Below are positions 27,618 through 37,956 of a stretch of 64,000 nucleotides of DNA, in pieces. Under the pieces are notes generated by a model, which was given only the letters and a program-made list of their open reading frames with translations, made no database searches and was not told the origin of the DNA. The DNA is taken from the IMG/VR virus record IMGVR_UViG_3300017492_000173, positions 3,925 through 67,924 of that record; one strand, given 5' to 3'. The stretch is from a virus. Its lineage: Duplodnaviria; Caudoviricetes. Position 1 is the stretch's first letter; each line of letters opens with the position of its first letter. Position numbers and translations under genes: made by a program.

Positions 27618-28344
27618 CACTTTTTATGCGTTCAATAGCCACATTATAGAATTTCTCCAGCTTCTCTATCCCGATGTACTTTCTTTCAAGCCGCATGGCC
27701 GCTATAGCTGTTGTTCCAGAGCCTAAGAAAGGGTCAAGTACCACATCGCCCTGCTTTGTGGATAGGTTGATTAGACGAGAGAACAACTCCACAGGCTTTT
27801 GTGTCGGATGCAACTTTCTCTTCACGCACGGGAAGTGCATCACCCTGTTGTAACACTCGTTGTCATCCACCTTGTTCAACGCCGTGCCGTTGTCATAGAT
27901 ACGGACAATGAACTCCACGTTCTGCGAGAAACGGCTTTTGCTGATAATGGTCAATGGTTTCTCCCAAAGCAAGAGAGAGAACTTGAAGCCATGCTCCTCC
28001 GCCCATAGCGCATAGATTGGTATCTGCGCTTCCGAACACATGATGTAAGCGTTCATCTTCTTCATCAGACGGACAGCCTTGTCAAGCCACTTGTAGATTT
28101 CATCCTTTGTGAAACCTGCTTTGATACGGCAGTCGCCTGTCTCATCCTCATAGTCATACAAGGCAGATTTCGACATTAGCTTCTTCGAGGTTTCCTTGTA
28201 CATTTTCGTGCAGTTGGACTTCGTGAAATTATATGGTGGGTCTGTGAGTATAAGGCTGATGCTGTACGCTGGCAAATCGTCCATCACATCGAGGTTGTCA
28301 CCAAAGTAAACCTCGCTCTTCTTTATCTCGTTGTAATGCTTCAT
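27592..28344 (-). CDS. Orphan N4/N6 DNA methyltransferase (beta class)
   Basis: LILTDPPY (motif IV) precedes HPTQKP and VLDPFLGSGTT (motif I). Confidence 0.9.
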   Translation of the reverse strand: MKHYNEIKKSEVYFGDNLDVMDDLPAYSISLILTDPPYNFTKSNCTKMYKETSKKLMSKSALYDYEDETGDCRIKAGFTKDEIYKWLDKAVRLMKKMNAYIMCSEAQIPIYALWAEEHGFKFSLLLWEKPLTIISKSRFSQNVEFIVRIYDNGTALNKVDDNECYNRVMHFPCVKRKLHPTQKPVELFSRLINLSTKQGDVVLDPFLGSGTTAIAAMRLERKYIGIEKLEKFYNVAIERIKSEATQQTLF

Positions 28345-28574
28345 AGTTTTACATTTTTCCTCATTCGGTCTATCAGCTTGTAAACTCCTCGCTCGGACAT
28401 CCCGTATTTCTCGCTAAGATGATATATGATGTAGCCTATCTTGTGCCCCTTGGTCTTCATAGCCTTGTACTCTGTCACAAGCTCAAGGTGCATGACATCC
28501 TTCGGGTCTATGGCGTTTTCAGCCAGCACCTTCATCAAAGACTGGTTTAACTTCATGAGTTCATATCTTGTCAT
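28341..28574 (-). CDS. Small HTH protein (Mor-like C-terminal HTH)
   Basis: YHLSEKYGMSERGVYKLIDRM. Confidence 0.6.
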   Translation of the reverse strand: MTRYELMKLNQSLMKVLAENAIDPKDVMHLELVTEYKAMKTKGHKIGYIIYHLSEKYGMSERGVYKLIDRMRKNVKL

Positions 28575-28588
28575 TGCGCGCTTTCTGC

Positions 28589-31500
28589 TTAAAGGTTATC
28601 CAGGCTCTGTATTATCTCCACCCTATGCTGTGTCTCGGTTATTTCCTCCACCGACACCACAGGACGTATGTTGATTGCCGCTTGCGTGAAACTGTCCGTC
28701 AAGTCATCCGCACGGAGGTTCGTGTCACGGTAGGCGTTGTTCACCGACACTGGCACGACCCCTGCCCCGACATTGTTCATCGCCACAAGAAGAGGCTCGA
28801 ACAGCTTCGTTGCTTTCGCCGTCATGACGAACTCACCGTTGGAGAGGTTCGCAGGAATGCTGTCGGATGTTCCACTGCCTGGTCCACTCACCCTTCCTCC
28901 TTCCGCGAAGTTCGCGGAATTCACTGTGGATATGGCTGTCGCCATATTGGTCATGACGGTTGCCACGGTCGTTGCGACTGCTGGAATACAGGCTGGCCAT
29001 CCTACTGCTATTGCTTTTGCGACACCTGCGGAAATAGCCTTACCTGTATCTATGGCTATTTGTGCCAATGTCAATATCTTGCTCAACCTTGCAAAATTCT
29101 CATCGCTCTCACCTATGGCAGAAGTAAGCGATATGAGGCTGTTCGTTATTGCCTTTGAAGCATTGAGATGGGCTTTCTCGTTTTTAATTTCAGCATCACG
29201 GAGAGCTTTCTTCGAGTCAACCATATTTCCATATGCCTGCAATCGGCGGCTGTTGTACGATTCCTCCGTCTCTCCCACGAGCTGACCTTGTGCTACAATG
29301 GAATTGTAGTATTCCTCTGCCGCCTGTTGTTTGGCTGCGAGAATGTCCATTTCCCCTTGCTCAACAATCTCAAGATTGAGCATTTGGAAACCTTCTTGCT
29401 GGTTTAGATAAATTTCAGCATCTTCTTCGGTCTTCCCCATACGCTGCAACTCCTCTTCGGTCTGCCGTATTTCCATCTCGCTTATTTGGTTCTGCCATGC
29501 CTGCTGACGAAGGTCTGCGAGATTCTGTTGGTACTGCTGCTCCAATTCGAGCTGTTGCTGACGGTGCGCCTCCTGCAAGTTCGCCCTGCGCTCAAGGAAC
29601 GCTGACTCTATCTCCAGCTGGTGCTCCTTTGCCGACTGCGCCTGCTCGCTCTCTGCTCCATACTGGGCTATGGCCGCTTGCAGCCTTTGCTGCGCATCGT
29701 TCATTTGAACACGCTCCTCTTCTTTCAAGGCTTGTTCGTCAAGAATGAGTTGCTGGTCGTTCTGCTCTTTCTTTATTCTCAGCTCGTCCTCCGAGCCTTT
29801 TTTCGCGATGGAAAGACGGGAGGACAGCAATTTCTGCTTTTGCTCAACATCACGCTTCAGCTCTTCTTCTGACAGTTTCTCCAGTTCCTGCTGCAATTTC
29901 TGCTCCTTGTTGATGATGGCCTGCCGTATTGCCTCCTTTGCCTCCTCGCTCAGACTCTTCTCGGTGGCAAGGCGCACTTTCAGCCTGCGTATCTCATCGT
30001 TGTATTGCTTTTCAATCTGCATACGGCGTTTCTGCGCTGTGTCTTCCATGAGGTCAAGCATGGACTGCTCCGCTTCCTGCATGGCTTTCAGCTCTGCCTC
30101 AGCTTTCTTCTTGGCGGCTTTCTCCGCTTTTGCATCTGAAGTGCTGCCAGTGCCGCCGCTTACACCGGTCTCTGGCGATTCGCTTACGCTTTCTTCTGTT
30201 GTTACGGTTTGTGCAGGAGCGGATTTAGGTGTACTTTTTTGCTTTTTTTGTTTGGATTGCGACTTGCTCGTGTTTCCTATATTGGAGACACTTTCGCTGC
30301 CGCCAAAGGCTTTGCTGCTGGCTGTTTCCTCCGCAGCATTCTTTATATTGCTGACAGCTTTTTTCGTATTGTCCACAATCTCTGTTGTAGCGTTCTTCGC
30401 ATTGGATGTAGTATCTTTCCAAAAGTTCGTCACAGCAGTGCCAACTTGCCCTATGCCTCTCTTGACATTATCCCAGTTAAGGGTGAACAGCCCTTCCAAT
30501 GCTGTCGCCACACCTCCGACAATTGAGATAAGACCTTTGAATAAAGCCGCTATCTGTTTCAGCCCAGTTTTAAAGATAGTCCATACGGTCTTGAACACCA
30601 CGCCCAAGATGTTCATATTGGTTTTCAATCCGAGCAACGCCACTTGCATGAGACGACTGTTCTCCGTGAAGTCCTTGAACCATCCCACTACACTGCTTAC
30701 GGCGTTTACAAGCATGTTCAGTCCTTTCTTGATGAACCCTGTAACGGCAGATGTTATCTTTCCAAAGGTGCTGTCCGATGACGTGTCAATGAAGCTGAAC
30801 AGCTTTTGTATGGCCTCGAAAGCGAGCATGATGACGGCAGTGAACACAAAGCCTTTGAGTGCTGTCTTTGACGCTGTTACAAATCCTTTTACCGCCACGC
30901 TGCAAGCTGTCATCGCGCTCTTCCATGTGGATGCAGAATTCAACGCTGCGGCTTTCTCCCACGTCTGTATCTCAGCTGTCTTCGCCTTTACAAGAGCCTT
31001 TTCCGTATTGGCGAGTTCCCTCTTGTTGGCAAGCAGCCTCGCCTCTATCATCTTGCGCTCCGTTCCGCTTGCGTTCTCTATGGCAACGGTTTGGGACGCC
31101 ACGGTCTTGCGCAAGGTTATCTCTTGCTGCTGCAATGTCTTGACTGTGGCACTCGCCGCCTCCGCATTGGTAACGGCCGAGTTCCTTATCGTGGTAAAAG
31201 ACGCTTGCGCCTGGCTTACCAGTTTTGCGAAGCTGACCGAGGCGAGCAAGGACACAATGAAATTGGAAACTTCAGGCAAGTGTTCCTCAAGCCAGCGCAC
31301 TAATTCTGTCAACCCTTCCATAGGGGCAATAAGCGCCCCACTGTTGCTCTCTCCTAACGATATTTTAAACGACTCCCAAGCAGATGAAAGTGTGAATAAA
31401 GATTGCGACACATCCGTATAAGACTGGTTGAACATCCTTTCTGTCGTTCCTTGCGACTCTTGCAAAACGCCAAGTTTCCCTGACAATTGGTCTATATTAT

Positions 31501-32782
31501 TCACGAGAGCCATAACCTGCGGTGTAGCCCTGCGTCCGAACACATCGGCGAGTTTGTTTGCGGAGTCTGATGCCTCCATAATGCCGCTTGCTTTCAGCTT
31601 TTGCAAAGTCTTTGTCAGTCCATCTGCTTCAAGTGAGCTTTGGCTGATGTCTATGCCGAACTCCTTGAACACCTTTTGTTGTTTCGCCGTGGATGTTGAA
31701 AGACCGAGAATAACCATACGCAGTGCCGTGCCTGCATCTGCCCCTCTGATACCCACATCCGCAAGAACACCCAACGCTGCGTTAACCTCCTCTATCGGCT
31801 GCTTTAACGCATGTCCGAATGGTGCCGCATTTTTCAGCGCCTCCCCAAGCTCCACCACGTTTGTCGCAGAACTTGCCGCTGTCTTTGACAGTACGTCATT
31901 GGCGTGTTCCATTTCCTCCTCGCTGATAGGCATGTCAAAGCCACGCATTGTCCTTATCATAAGGTCTGCCGCCGTGTCAAGGTCTACTGTGTTTGCTTGT
32001 GCTAATTGCAAAGTCTTCGACAATGCCGCCGTTGCTTCTTCTGCATTAAAACCGCCTCGTGCAAGTGTTTCCATAGCCGCAGCCGCATCAGTGGCGTGAT
32101 AGATGGTTTCACGTCCCATTTTCCTCGCCTCATCGGTCATCTTTTTCATATCCTCCGCAGATGCGTTGGTGACAGCCTGCACACGTGCCATGCCATCGCC
32201 AAACTCCCTTGACACATTCAGCACATCCTTGCCGAAGTCGAGCGCACTTCCCACACCAGCAGCCGCAAGGAGCGTCTTGCCAACATCCTGTATCTTCACT
32301 TTTACCGTCTCAAGTCCAGATGTGGCTTCTTGGTAGTTGCCCACATTACGGTAGAAGCGCAACGTGGACTCTTCCGCGCCTTTCAGCTCCTTTGTTATCT
32401 CATTGATATGGCTGCGCAGCTCCATTCCGCTCGCAGACTCACGCTCCGCGCGGCTCATTGCATCGAAAGCGGCCGTGGCGTTGGAAAGCTCCGCACGGAG
32501 CTGTTTGAGACTGCCTTCCTGTTCTTGCTGCGCCTTTATCTGATTATTGACTTGGTTCTGCAATGTTCGCATGGCCTCGTTGTTCTGACGGATATACACT
32601 GTGCTGGACGCCATGCTTTGATCATACTCCTGCTGCGTTATCTTGCCGTCTTTCAAGTCCTTTTTCAAATCCTTTTGGATTTTCTGCGCTTCAGCTATCG
32701 CTGTGCGGTATTTGGCTATCCCATCCACCGCATCTTTGTAGCGCACTTGAATGTCTATTATCTTAACCTTTGTGTCTGACAT
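28589..32782 (-). CDS. Tape measure protein 2, TP901 family
   Basis: 1397 aa. MARVQAVTNASAEDMKKMTDEARKMG...GIRGADAGTALR core, long coiled coils, and FAEGGRVSGPGSGTSDSIPANLSNGEFVM near the C-terminus. Confidence 0.9.
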   Translation of the reverse strand: MSDTKVKIIDIQVRYKDAVDGIAKYRTAIAEAQKIQKDLKKDLKDGKITQQEYDQSMASSTVYIRQNNEAMRTLQNQVNNQIKAQQEQEGSLKQLRAELSNATAAFDAMSRAERESASGMELRSHINEITKELKGAEESTLRFYRNVGNYQEATSGLETVKVKIQDVGKTLLAAAGVGSALDFGKDVLNVSREFGDGMARVQAVTNASAEDMKKMTDEARKMGRETIYHATDAAAAMETLARGGFNAEEATAALSKTLQLAQANTVDLDTAADLMIRTMRGFDMPISEEEMEHANDVLSKTAASSATNVVELGEALKNAAPFGHALKQPIEEVNAALGVLADVGIRGADAGTALRMVILGLSTSTAKQQKVFKEFGIDISQSSLEADGLTKTLQKLKASGIMEASDSANKLADVFGRRATPQVMALVNNIDQLSGKLGVLQESQGTTERMFNQSYTDVSQSLFTLSSAWESFKISLGESNSGALIAPMEGLTELVRWLEEHLPEVSNFIVSLLASVSFAKLVSQAQASFTTIRNSAVTNAEAASATVKTLQQQEITLRKTVASQTVAIENASGTERKMIEARLLANKRELANTEKALVKAKTAEIQTWEKAAALNSASTWKSAMTACSVAVKGFVTASKTALKGFVFTAVIMLAFEAIQKLFSFIDTSSDSTFGKITSAVTGFIKKGLNMLVNAVSSVVGWFKDFTENSRLMQVALLGLKTNMNILGVVFKTVWTIFKTGLKQIAALFKGLISIVGGVATALEGLFTLNWDNVKRGIGQVGTAVTNFWKDTTSNAKNATTEIVDNTKKAVSNIKNAAEETASSKAFGGSESVSNIGNTSKSQSKQKKQKSTPKSAPAQTVTTEESVSESPETGVSGGTGSTSDAKAEKAAKKKAEAELKAMQEAEQSMLDLMEDTAQKRRMQIEKQYNDEIRRLKVRLATEKSLSEEAKEAIRQAIINKEQKLQQELEKLSEEELKRDVEQKQKLLSSRLSIAKKGSEDELRIKKEQNDQQLILDEQALKEEERVQMNDAQQRLQAAIAQYGAESEQAQSAKEHQLEIESAFLERRANLQEAHRQQQLELEQQYQQNLADLRQQAWQNQISEMEIRQTEEELQRMGKTEEDAEIYLNQQEGFQMLNLEIVEQGEMDILAAKQQAAEEYYNSIVAQGQLVGETEESYNSRRLQAYGNMVDSKKALRDAEIKNEKAHLNASKAITNSLISLTSAIGESDENFARLSKILTLAQIAIDTGKAISAGVAKAIAVGWPACIPAVATTVATVMTNMATAISTVNSANFAEGGRVSGPGSGTSDSIPANLSNGEFVMTAKATKLFEPLLVAMNNVGAGVVPVSVNNAYRDTNLRADDLTDSFTQAAINIRPVVSVEEITETQHRVEIIQSLDNL

Positions 32783-32805
32783 ATTATGTACTTTTACTTG
32801 CTTTG

Positions 32806-35800
32806 TTAGAAATTTCGGAACGGTCTTACGTAAGAAAGAACATCACCTCTTCCTTCTATCTGAAATTTCAAATAGCCACCTGATGAATAATAATAAACCC
32901 GACGCGCTTTTAGATTGTCTGTGCATCCTGTGGAAACCCACCAAACTTTTGACAGTTTTTCTCCACCGATGGCTGTCAACAATTTATTTATCATTCCAAG
33001 ATAGGTATTTACCACAGTCCATTCACCATAGGATGCAAGATAACCTTTTTCTCCTGATGGGAAAGTGTATGCGTTGGCAATTGCAGCTGCGCTATAAGGA
33101 GATTCTGTAAAACCAGCTGTTGGTTCTGTTATAGCAGCTATGATTTTCAGAGTATTCCCTTCACCATCAAAGTCAGACTCATCTGTAGGCAATCCCGATA
33201 TTTCAATAGATTTGCCACCAAATCCATACGCTGTGCCGTTGGCATCTTCTTTCGCAATGACAAACCGATGAGTTCCATCGGAGACAGCGATACCTTCCAC
33301 GTCATTTAAGGATAGCCCCGAATTCTCGTATTCGCTTTGACTATAGAAAAAGCCGTTACAATCAGCTATTAATACATTTTCTTCATCCAATTTATCTGTA
33401 TTCCATGCTCCAATATATACCGCTATAACAGTAACCGTCCTCGTAATCTGAACACCGTTATACTCCGCTACGACGGTAATATCCGCCGTTTCATCTGAGG
33501 TAATTCCTTCTACCGAAATACGGAAAACAGGTATGCCGTTATATTTAGTACATTCAACAGAAACAGAACTATTTGTGGAAGATGCTCTTATCGTTGTGGC
33601 TGTTTTCCCCGTCTGTGAAATTACAGGACACAACTCGAAACTTCCTGAGCCGTTGACCGCATCAAAATCGTAGAAATCTCCATCTGTCCCGCTCATGCGA
33701 TTTTTATAGAGGAGCAGAGACATTTTATAGAGCGATATATCTTTTCCTTTTGTGAATGACGTTCCATCTGCAAGCATTACTTTAACTGTTATCGTGATGC
33801 TGCTATCAGATTCTGGGACTGAGTCCGCCTTCAATGTAAATCCGTTTATACTAATATCTGACACATTAAGCACAGGCGTACTTTCAGGTGTCGTAACCTC
33901 GACTGATGCCGCTTCTACATCTGCATGTGCTGGAGAATAAGAAAGTGTATATGTATGCTCTACACAATCACCTATTTTCGTGTCTCCGCTGATAGTCACA
34001 TCTTTTACTTTTGTTGTCTCGTCTCCGTCATGCTCATCGCCGAAATCGTCCGTTATCACACTTTTGTCTACCGCCGACACGAACCAGTACACTTTCTTGC
34101 GTAATTTCATCACGACATCTCCCTCTTCGTTGACAATATCTGCGATAAACTTGAACACATGATACTGCCCAGCTTCGCTTTTCGTGAATGTCAGCGTGGT
34201 GTTTTCCGTAATTCGCTCATCATCATAGTAGGTGCGGAGATTCACGGATAACTTCGCAGTTGACACTGTTTCTGTACCAACCAATTTCTTCACCGTGTAA
34301 CTGATTGCATTGTAAATGCTGCAATCCAGCGTATAGCTGTCGCCACTTAAATAATCAAAATCTTCAGGACATGCGAACTTTGATACATATCCACCGTCAA
34401 GCGGCAATGTCAAAGTGTTGCCATTCGTTAGCCATGTCTCGTTTTGGTTGTTGACGAATATGTCGTACACTATAGGACATTTATTTGTCGTGTATGTCCT
34501 TGACAGGTTGAGCTTGAAATAAATAAGGACACCCAGTGATACGCTGTACCTTGTATCCGCATCGCCGTATTCTTCCTTGCTTACGAATATAGGAGAAGTC
34601 CAGCTTCGGTATTCAACGATTTCTCCGTACTGGTTGCGGATGGGTATCTCTATTTTAACCGTGTGCCAGCTTTCGTCGCCGCTCTTTATGGACTTGTACT
34701 CATCACTGCCCCATGCACTTCCATCGTAATAGATGTTCGCCTCGCTACGTACAACACTCGTCTTCTCTCCGCTATCAGGGTCTGTGTATGTGAACCTGTA
34801 CTGTCCTACGGCAGTGGCATAGATGCGAAGGACAGGGTCTGACGTGCTGTCTGCCGTGACGGCATATATTCCTGTACTGCCGAAATCAACGCGTCGACCC
34901 ATGTATTTCTCCCAGTCATCGTCTTTTGTGCTTTTTACATAGACGCTTGACGTGTCATTGCTCCCTGCATCGAATGTTACGTAGCCGGAGGACAGCAATT
35001 CCACCTCATACGAAAGGTCTATGCTGTTGAGGCTGTCCTTCACGCGTGGCAGCTTGACAAGCTCTACCGTGCAGATGCCGTTCTTATCCCGTTGGATAGT
35101 TGACACCGCGAAGTACGAGTTGTACTTGTCAAGATACACCGGCATTGACTCGTCAAAGTCACGGAGGTCTATCTCGTTAAGCAGGAACTTCTCTTTCACC
35201 AAAACGTAGTTGTCAAGTATTGACTGCAAATAGCCAAACAGCCTCTTACGCATATCATTGTCATCAAACGGGGAGAATATATCCATGCGGTGGTGGAACT
35301 GCGCAATGTCGGCCATGCCAGGACGCTCCGCGCTGACATCCTCAAAACTCGAATCAAGCGCACGGTACACCATTATCCCATAGATTGGATACGTGCTGTC
35401 TGTCAAACTCTTGTCTCCCTCCCACACCTTGCAGGTATTCCCCGTTTTTATCAGCGGGTAACGCTTGTTCTGTGTGTAAGCAGGATAGAAAGGCGACTTG
35501 TACACGGATGCCTCTTCATCCAGCGTATCGTCCTCTATTGTCAGAGTGCCGTAGCCGTCACCGTATTGGTCAAGCTCTTCCGCAATTTCGTCCTCCGTCT
35601 TCTCACGGTTGCTGGAAGCCATCTCAAAATAGTTGTTCCTTGCGAAGCTGCTGTTATGGAATTTCGTCGATGAGGCCATATCTCCGTTTGAGGAAAGCAA
35701 CTTGTCTGACCAGTCAAGAGCCTCGCCGTCATTCATGCGGTCTCGCAATTGGTTGTAATACATAGCGGAGATGGTCTTGCCGTCTCGCTCCACCCTCGGC

Positions 35801-37641
35801 ATCGCTCCGTTCATGTAGAACATCGCCTTCATGAAATTGAAAACGGAAATGTCTGGCAGGCTCTCCGTCACCGTCATTGACACAGGCAACGTTTTCACCT
35901 CCACAGAGGGCGCAAGCTCGGATATGACCAATCCCTCTAAATACAAGTCACCTTCATTGAGGTCAAGGTACTCCTCCTCTTCCGAGGTCTCTGTGCCGTC
36001 ATCGTCCACAGTGGTCACCGTCTTTGTCTTCTTATGGTCGTCAGGGATATACGGCAGCAAGACATACGCCTCCAGTTCCTCCTCATCATTGGCATCTACC
36101 TCTATCTTTCGTGCGGTTACGGTCTGCCCGAAGTCGAAATGGCATACATACGTTCCTGTCGCCTCATCGTATGAGGGAACATCCGTAGATTGGAACCCCA
36201 CGTCGCTGTCTATGTCCTTCTCCGTCACAGCCTCCGGCTCATTACTGTCAGAAGTCTTAGCCGCAAGACAAATCCACATATATCCACTTACATCCACCCT
36301 TCCTGCGTCAACAGCGTCCTTGTTTATGTGAAGTACACATGAACCCTTCAGCGTGAAAGCGCACCTTGTGAAGAAGCCTACTATGCCGATATTCGAGCCT
36401 GCATCTCCTCCTTGCATGGAATACACATGATAATATGTCGTGTCCTCCGAACATTTCGCCTCTGTAGTCCATGCCTTGCCCTGCTCCTGCGTGAAGCTGT
36501 CAACAACTTGCTCTACGCCAGTGTATGTCCTCGTTCCCCATTTAAACGACACGTCATACCCTTGCTTTCGCGTGATTTCTGCTCGCTCACCCTTTTTCTT
36601 GTTGAACAAAGACAACCCTGTGTCATGCTGGTAACAGTAAACAGGTTTCAGGTACTTGTTTCCGTTGAACTTTTCAAGAACAGGCAATCCTATAGCCATA
36701 ATCTTAGGTTCCATGTATGTAGCCTGCAACTGCTCGCTGTCTTGATTCGTAAGGCTGGTGTATTCTCCTTCCGTGACACCCCAGTGCAACAGGTATAATG
36801 GGTTTGAAGTGCTTCCCGAACCTCCTACAGCCACATCCCATTTCTGCGTGTATTCGAGACTTCTGTATTTCATGGCATGGTTGTTCCCCGTGCCATAAAT
36901 GCCGCTTATTTTATACTCTTCGTCACTGCTTGCGCAATCAACAAGAGGTATTACGCCATTGGATATATAGTCGTCATACACCCTTTTGCCGTAATAGTTG
37001 GCGTTGTTAAGATAGCCCTTCGGCTTCATCCCCATGCCTGCGGACATCAATGTTCCGATATTGAACTTGACACCGAATGTGTCGTTTATCATCTGTATAA
37101 GCCTATATACAGGAACGCATGGCTTCGGCGGCGTGTCTTCCTCGTGCGGCACACCTGCGTCATAGTCGGGATAAACGACATCATCCGCATTCGATATGCC
37201 TGCGTCCGTCCCACCGTAGGTCTCGCCACCACCCCATGTGATCCTGCCGAGCGAGCCAAGGTCTGTAAGTTTCTTGTCGCTCTCTTTCAACGTCTCGAAA
37301 GCCTTGAGGACTTTCCATGTCATAACGCACGAAAAGGTTGTCGTCATCTCACTGACATACAGATTGGCGTTGGGGCAAAGACAGATGCCATTTATATAAA
37401 ACTCGGCCCTTACCACCTTACGCACCAACCCATTTCCGTGGCGTATGTCATCCGCAAGCTCAAGGGCGTGGCGGTTGCCGGCTGTCATGGGCAGCTTGAA
37501 TGTGTAGGAGTATGAGCAAGTCAGCTTTGAGAGGTCTTTGAAGATGTTCGACACCCACTTCAACGTGATGTCGCTTGACGCGCCCAAATCCAATTGCCGC
37601 CGCTCTCCATTGGAGTTTATGATATATAACTCTTCTTTCAT
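32806..37641 (-). CDS. Large tail tip/baseplate protein with Ig-like repeats and a C-terminal lectin-like receptor-binding domain
   Basis: 1611 aa. N-terminal ITLKWVSNIFKDLSKLTCSYSYTFKLPMT tail-protein motif; C-terminal DFDGEGNT...YLASYGEW...WWVST...VRPF. Confidence 0.75.
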   Translation of the reverse strand: MKEELYIINSNGERRQLDLGASSDITLKWVSNIFKDLSKLTCSYSYTFKLPMTAGNRHALELADDIRHGNGLVRKVVRAEFYINGICLCPNANLYVSEMTTTFSCVMTWKVLKAFETLKESDKKLTDLGSLGRITWGGGETYGGTDAGISNADDVVYPDYDAGVPHEEDTPPKPCVPVYRLIQMINDTFGVKFNIGTLMSAGMGMKPKGYLNNANYYGKRVYDDYISNGVIPLVDCASSDEEYKISGIYGTGNNHAMKYRSLEYTQKWDVAVGGSGSTSNPLYLLHWGVTEGEYTSLTNQDSEQLQATYMEPKIMAIGLPVLEKFNGNKYLKPVYCYQHDTGLSLFNKKKGERAEITRKQGYDVSFKWGTRTYTGVEQVVDSFTQEQGKAWTTEAKCSEDTTYYHVYSMQGGDAGSNIGIVGFFTRCAFTLKGSCVLHINKDAVDAGRVDVSGYMWICLAAKTSDSNEPEAVTEKDIDSDVGFQSTDVPSYDEATGTYVCHFDFGQTVTARKIEVDANDEEELEAYVLLPYIPDDHKKTKTVTTVDDDGTETSEEEEYLDLNEGDLYLEGLVISELAPSVEVKTLPVSMTVTESLPDISVFNFMKAMFYMNGAMPRVERDGKTISAMYYNQLRDRMNDGEALDWSDKLLSSNGDMASSTKFHNSSFARNNYFEMASSNREKTEDEIAEELDQYGDGYGTLTIEDDTLDEEASVYKSPFYPAYTQNKRYPLIKTGNTCKVWEGDKSLTDSTYPIYGIMVYRALDSSFEDVSAERPGMADIAQFHHRMDIFSPFDDNDMRKRLFGYLQSILDNYVLVKEKFLLNEIDLRDFDESMPVYLDKYNSYFAVSTIQRDKNGICTVELVKLPRVKDSLNSIDLSYEVELLSSGYVTFDAGSNDTSSVYVKSTKDDDWEKYMGRRVDFGSTGIYAVTADSTSDPVLRIYATAVGQYRFTYTDPDSGEKTSVVRSEANIYYDGSAWGSDEYKSIKSGDESWHTVKIEIPIRNQYGEIVEYRSWTSPIFVSKEEYGDADTRYSVSLGVLIYFKLNLSRTYTTNKCPIVYDIFVNNQNETWLTNGNTLTLPLDGGYVSKFACPEDFDYLSGDSYTLDCSIYNAISYTVKKLVGTETVSTAKLSVNLRTYYDDERITENTTLTFTKSEAGQYHVFKFIADIVNEEGDVVMKLRKKVYWFVSAVDKSVITDDFGDEHDGDETTKVKDVTISGDTKIGDCVEHTYTLSYSPAHADVEAASVEVTTPESTPVLNVSDISINGFTLKADSVPESDSSITITVKVMLADGTSFTKGKDISLYKMSLLLYKNRMSGTDGDFYDFDAVNGSGSFELCPVISQTGKTATTIRASSTNSSVSVECTKYNGIPVFRISVEGITSDETADITVVAEYNGVQITRTVTVIAVYIGAWNTDKLDEENVLIADCNGFFYSQSEYENSGLSLNDVEGIAVSDGTHRFVIAKEDANGTAYGFGGKSIEISGLPTDESDFDGEGNTLKIIAAITEPTAGFTESPYSAAAIANAYTFPSGEKGYLASYGEWTVVNTYLGMINKLLTAIGGEKLSKVWWVSTGCTDNLKARRVYYYSSGGYLKFQIEGRGDVLSYVRPFRNF

Positions 37642-37775
37642 GATTTCTTATTCAATCCTTTACGTTTCAGATTGTCTGCGTAGATGATTACCGCACACAG
37701 AACAAGCCTTATCACAAAGTAAGCGATAAGGAACAAAATCGACACACTCGCTGCTATAACAAACACCGTTTTCAT
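37638..37775 (-). CDS. 45 aa hydrophobic protein (possible holin-like; not in ORF track)
   Basis: MKTVFVIAASVSILFLIAYFVIRLVLCAVIIYADNLKRKGLNKKS, with ATGA overlaps at both ends. Confidence 0.4.
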   Translation of the reverse strand: MKTVFVIAASVSILFLIAYFVIRLVLCAVIIYADNLKRKGLNKKS

Positions 37776-37954
37776 ATCCTCGCCAAATATGTATAGTTAA
37801 ACCATTGCTTCACAATATCCATGCCGACACGCTTCGCTCTGACATAGACATCGGAAGTCTTTCTGTTAATTTCAATCACCCTTCCGAGTTCGCCCGTCTG
37901 GATAATCACGCATTCGTCACCAATCTTCAGCTTCTTAAATTCGTCATACACCAT
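37772..37954 (-). CDS. Small SH3/KOW-like hypothetical protein
   Basis: 60 aa, LKIGDECVIIQTGELGRVIEI. Confidence 0.5.
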   Translation of the reverse strand: MVYDEFKKLKIGDECVIIQTGELGRVIEINRKTSDVYVRAKRVGMDIVKQWFNYTYLARI

Positions 37955-37956
37955 AA

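Noticed and set aside
29745-31421. 558 aa plus-strand ORF and similar long antisense ORFs across the structural genes
   Set aside because: Shadow frames of the tape measure; typical S/F/L-rich antisense translation.
32806-32950. Complete diversity-generating retroelement
   Set aside because: No reverse transcriptase or template repeat found in the window; kept only as a conditional finding.
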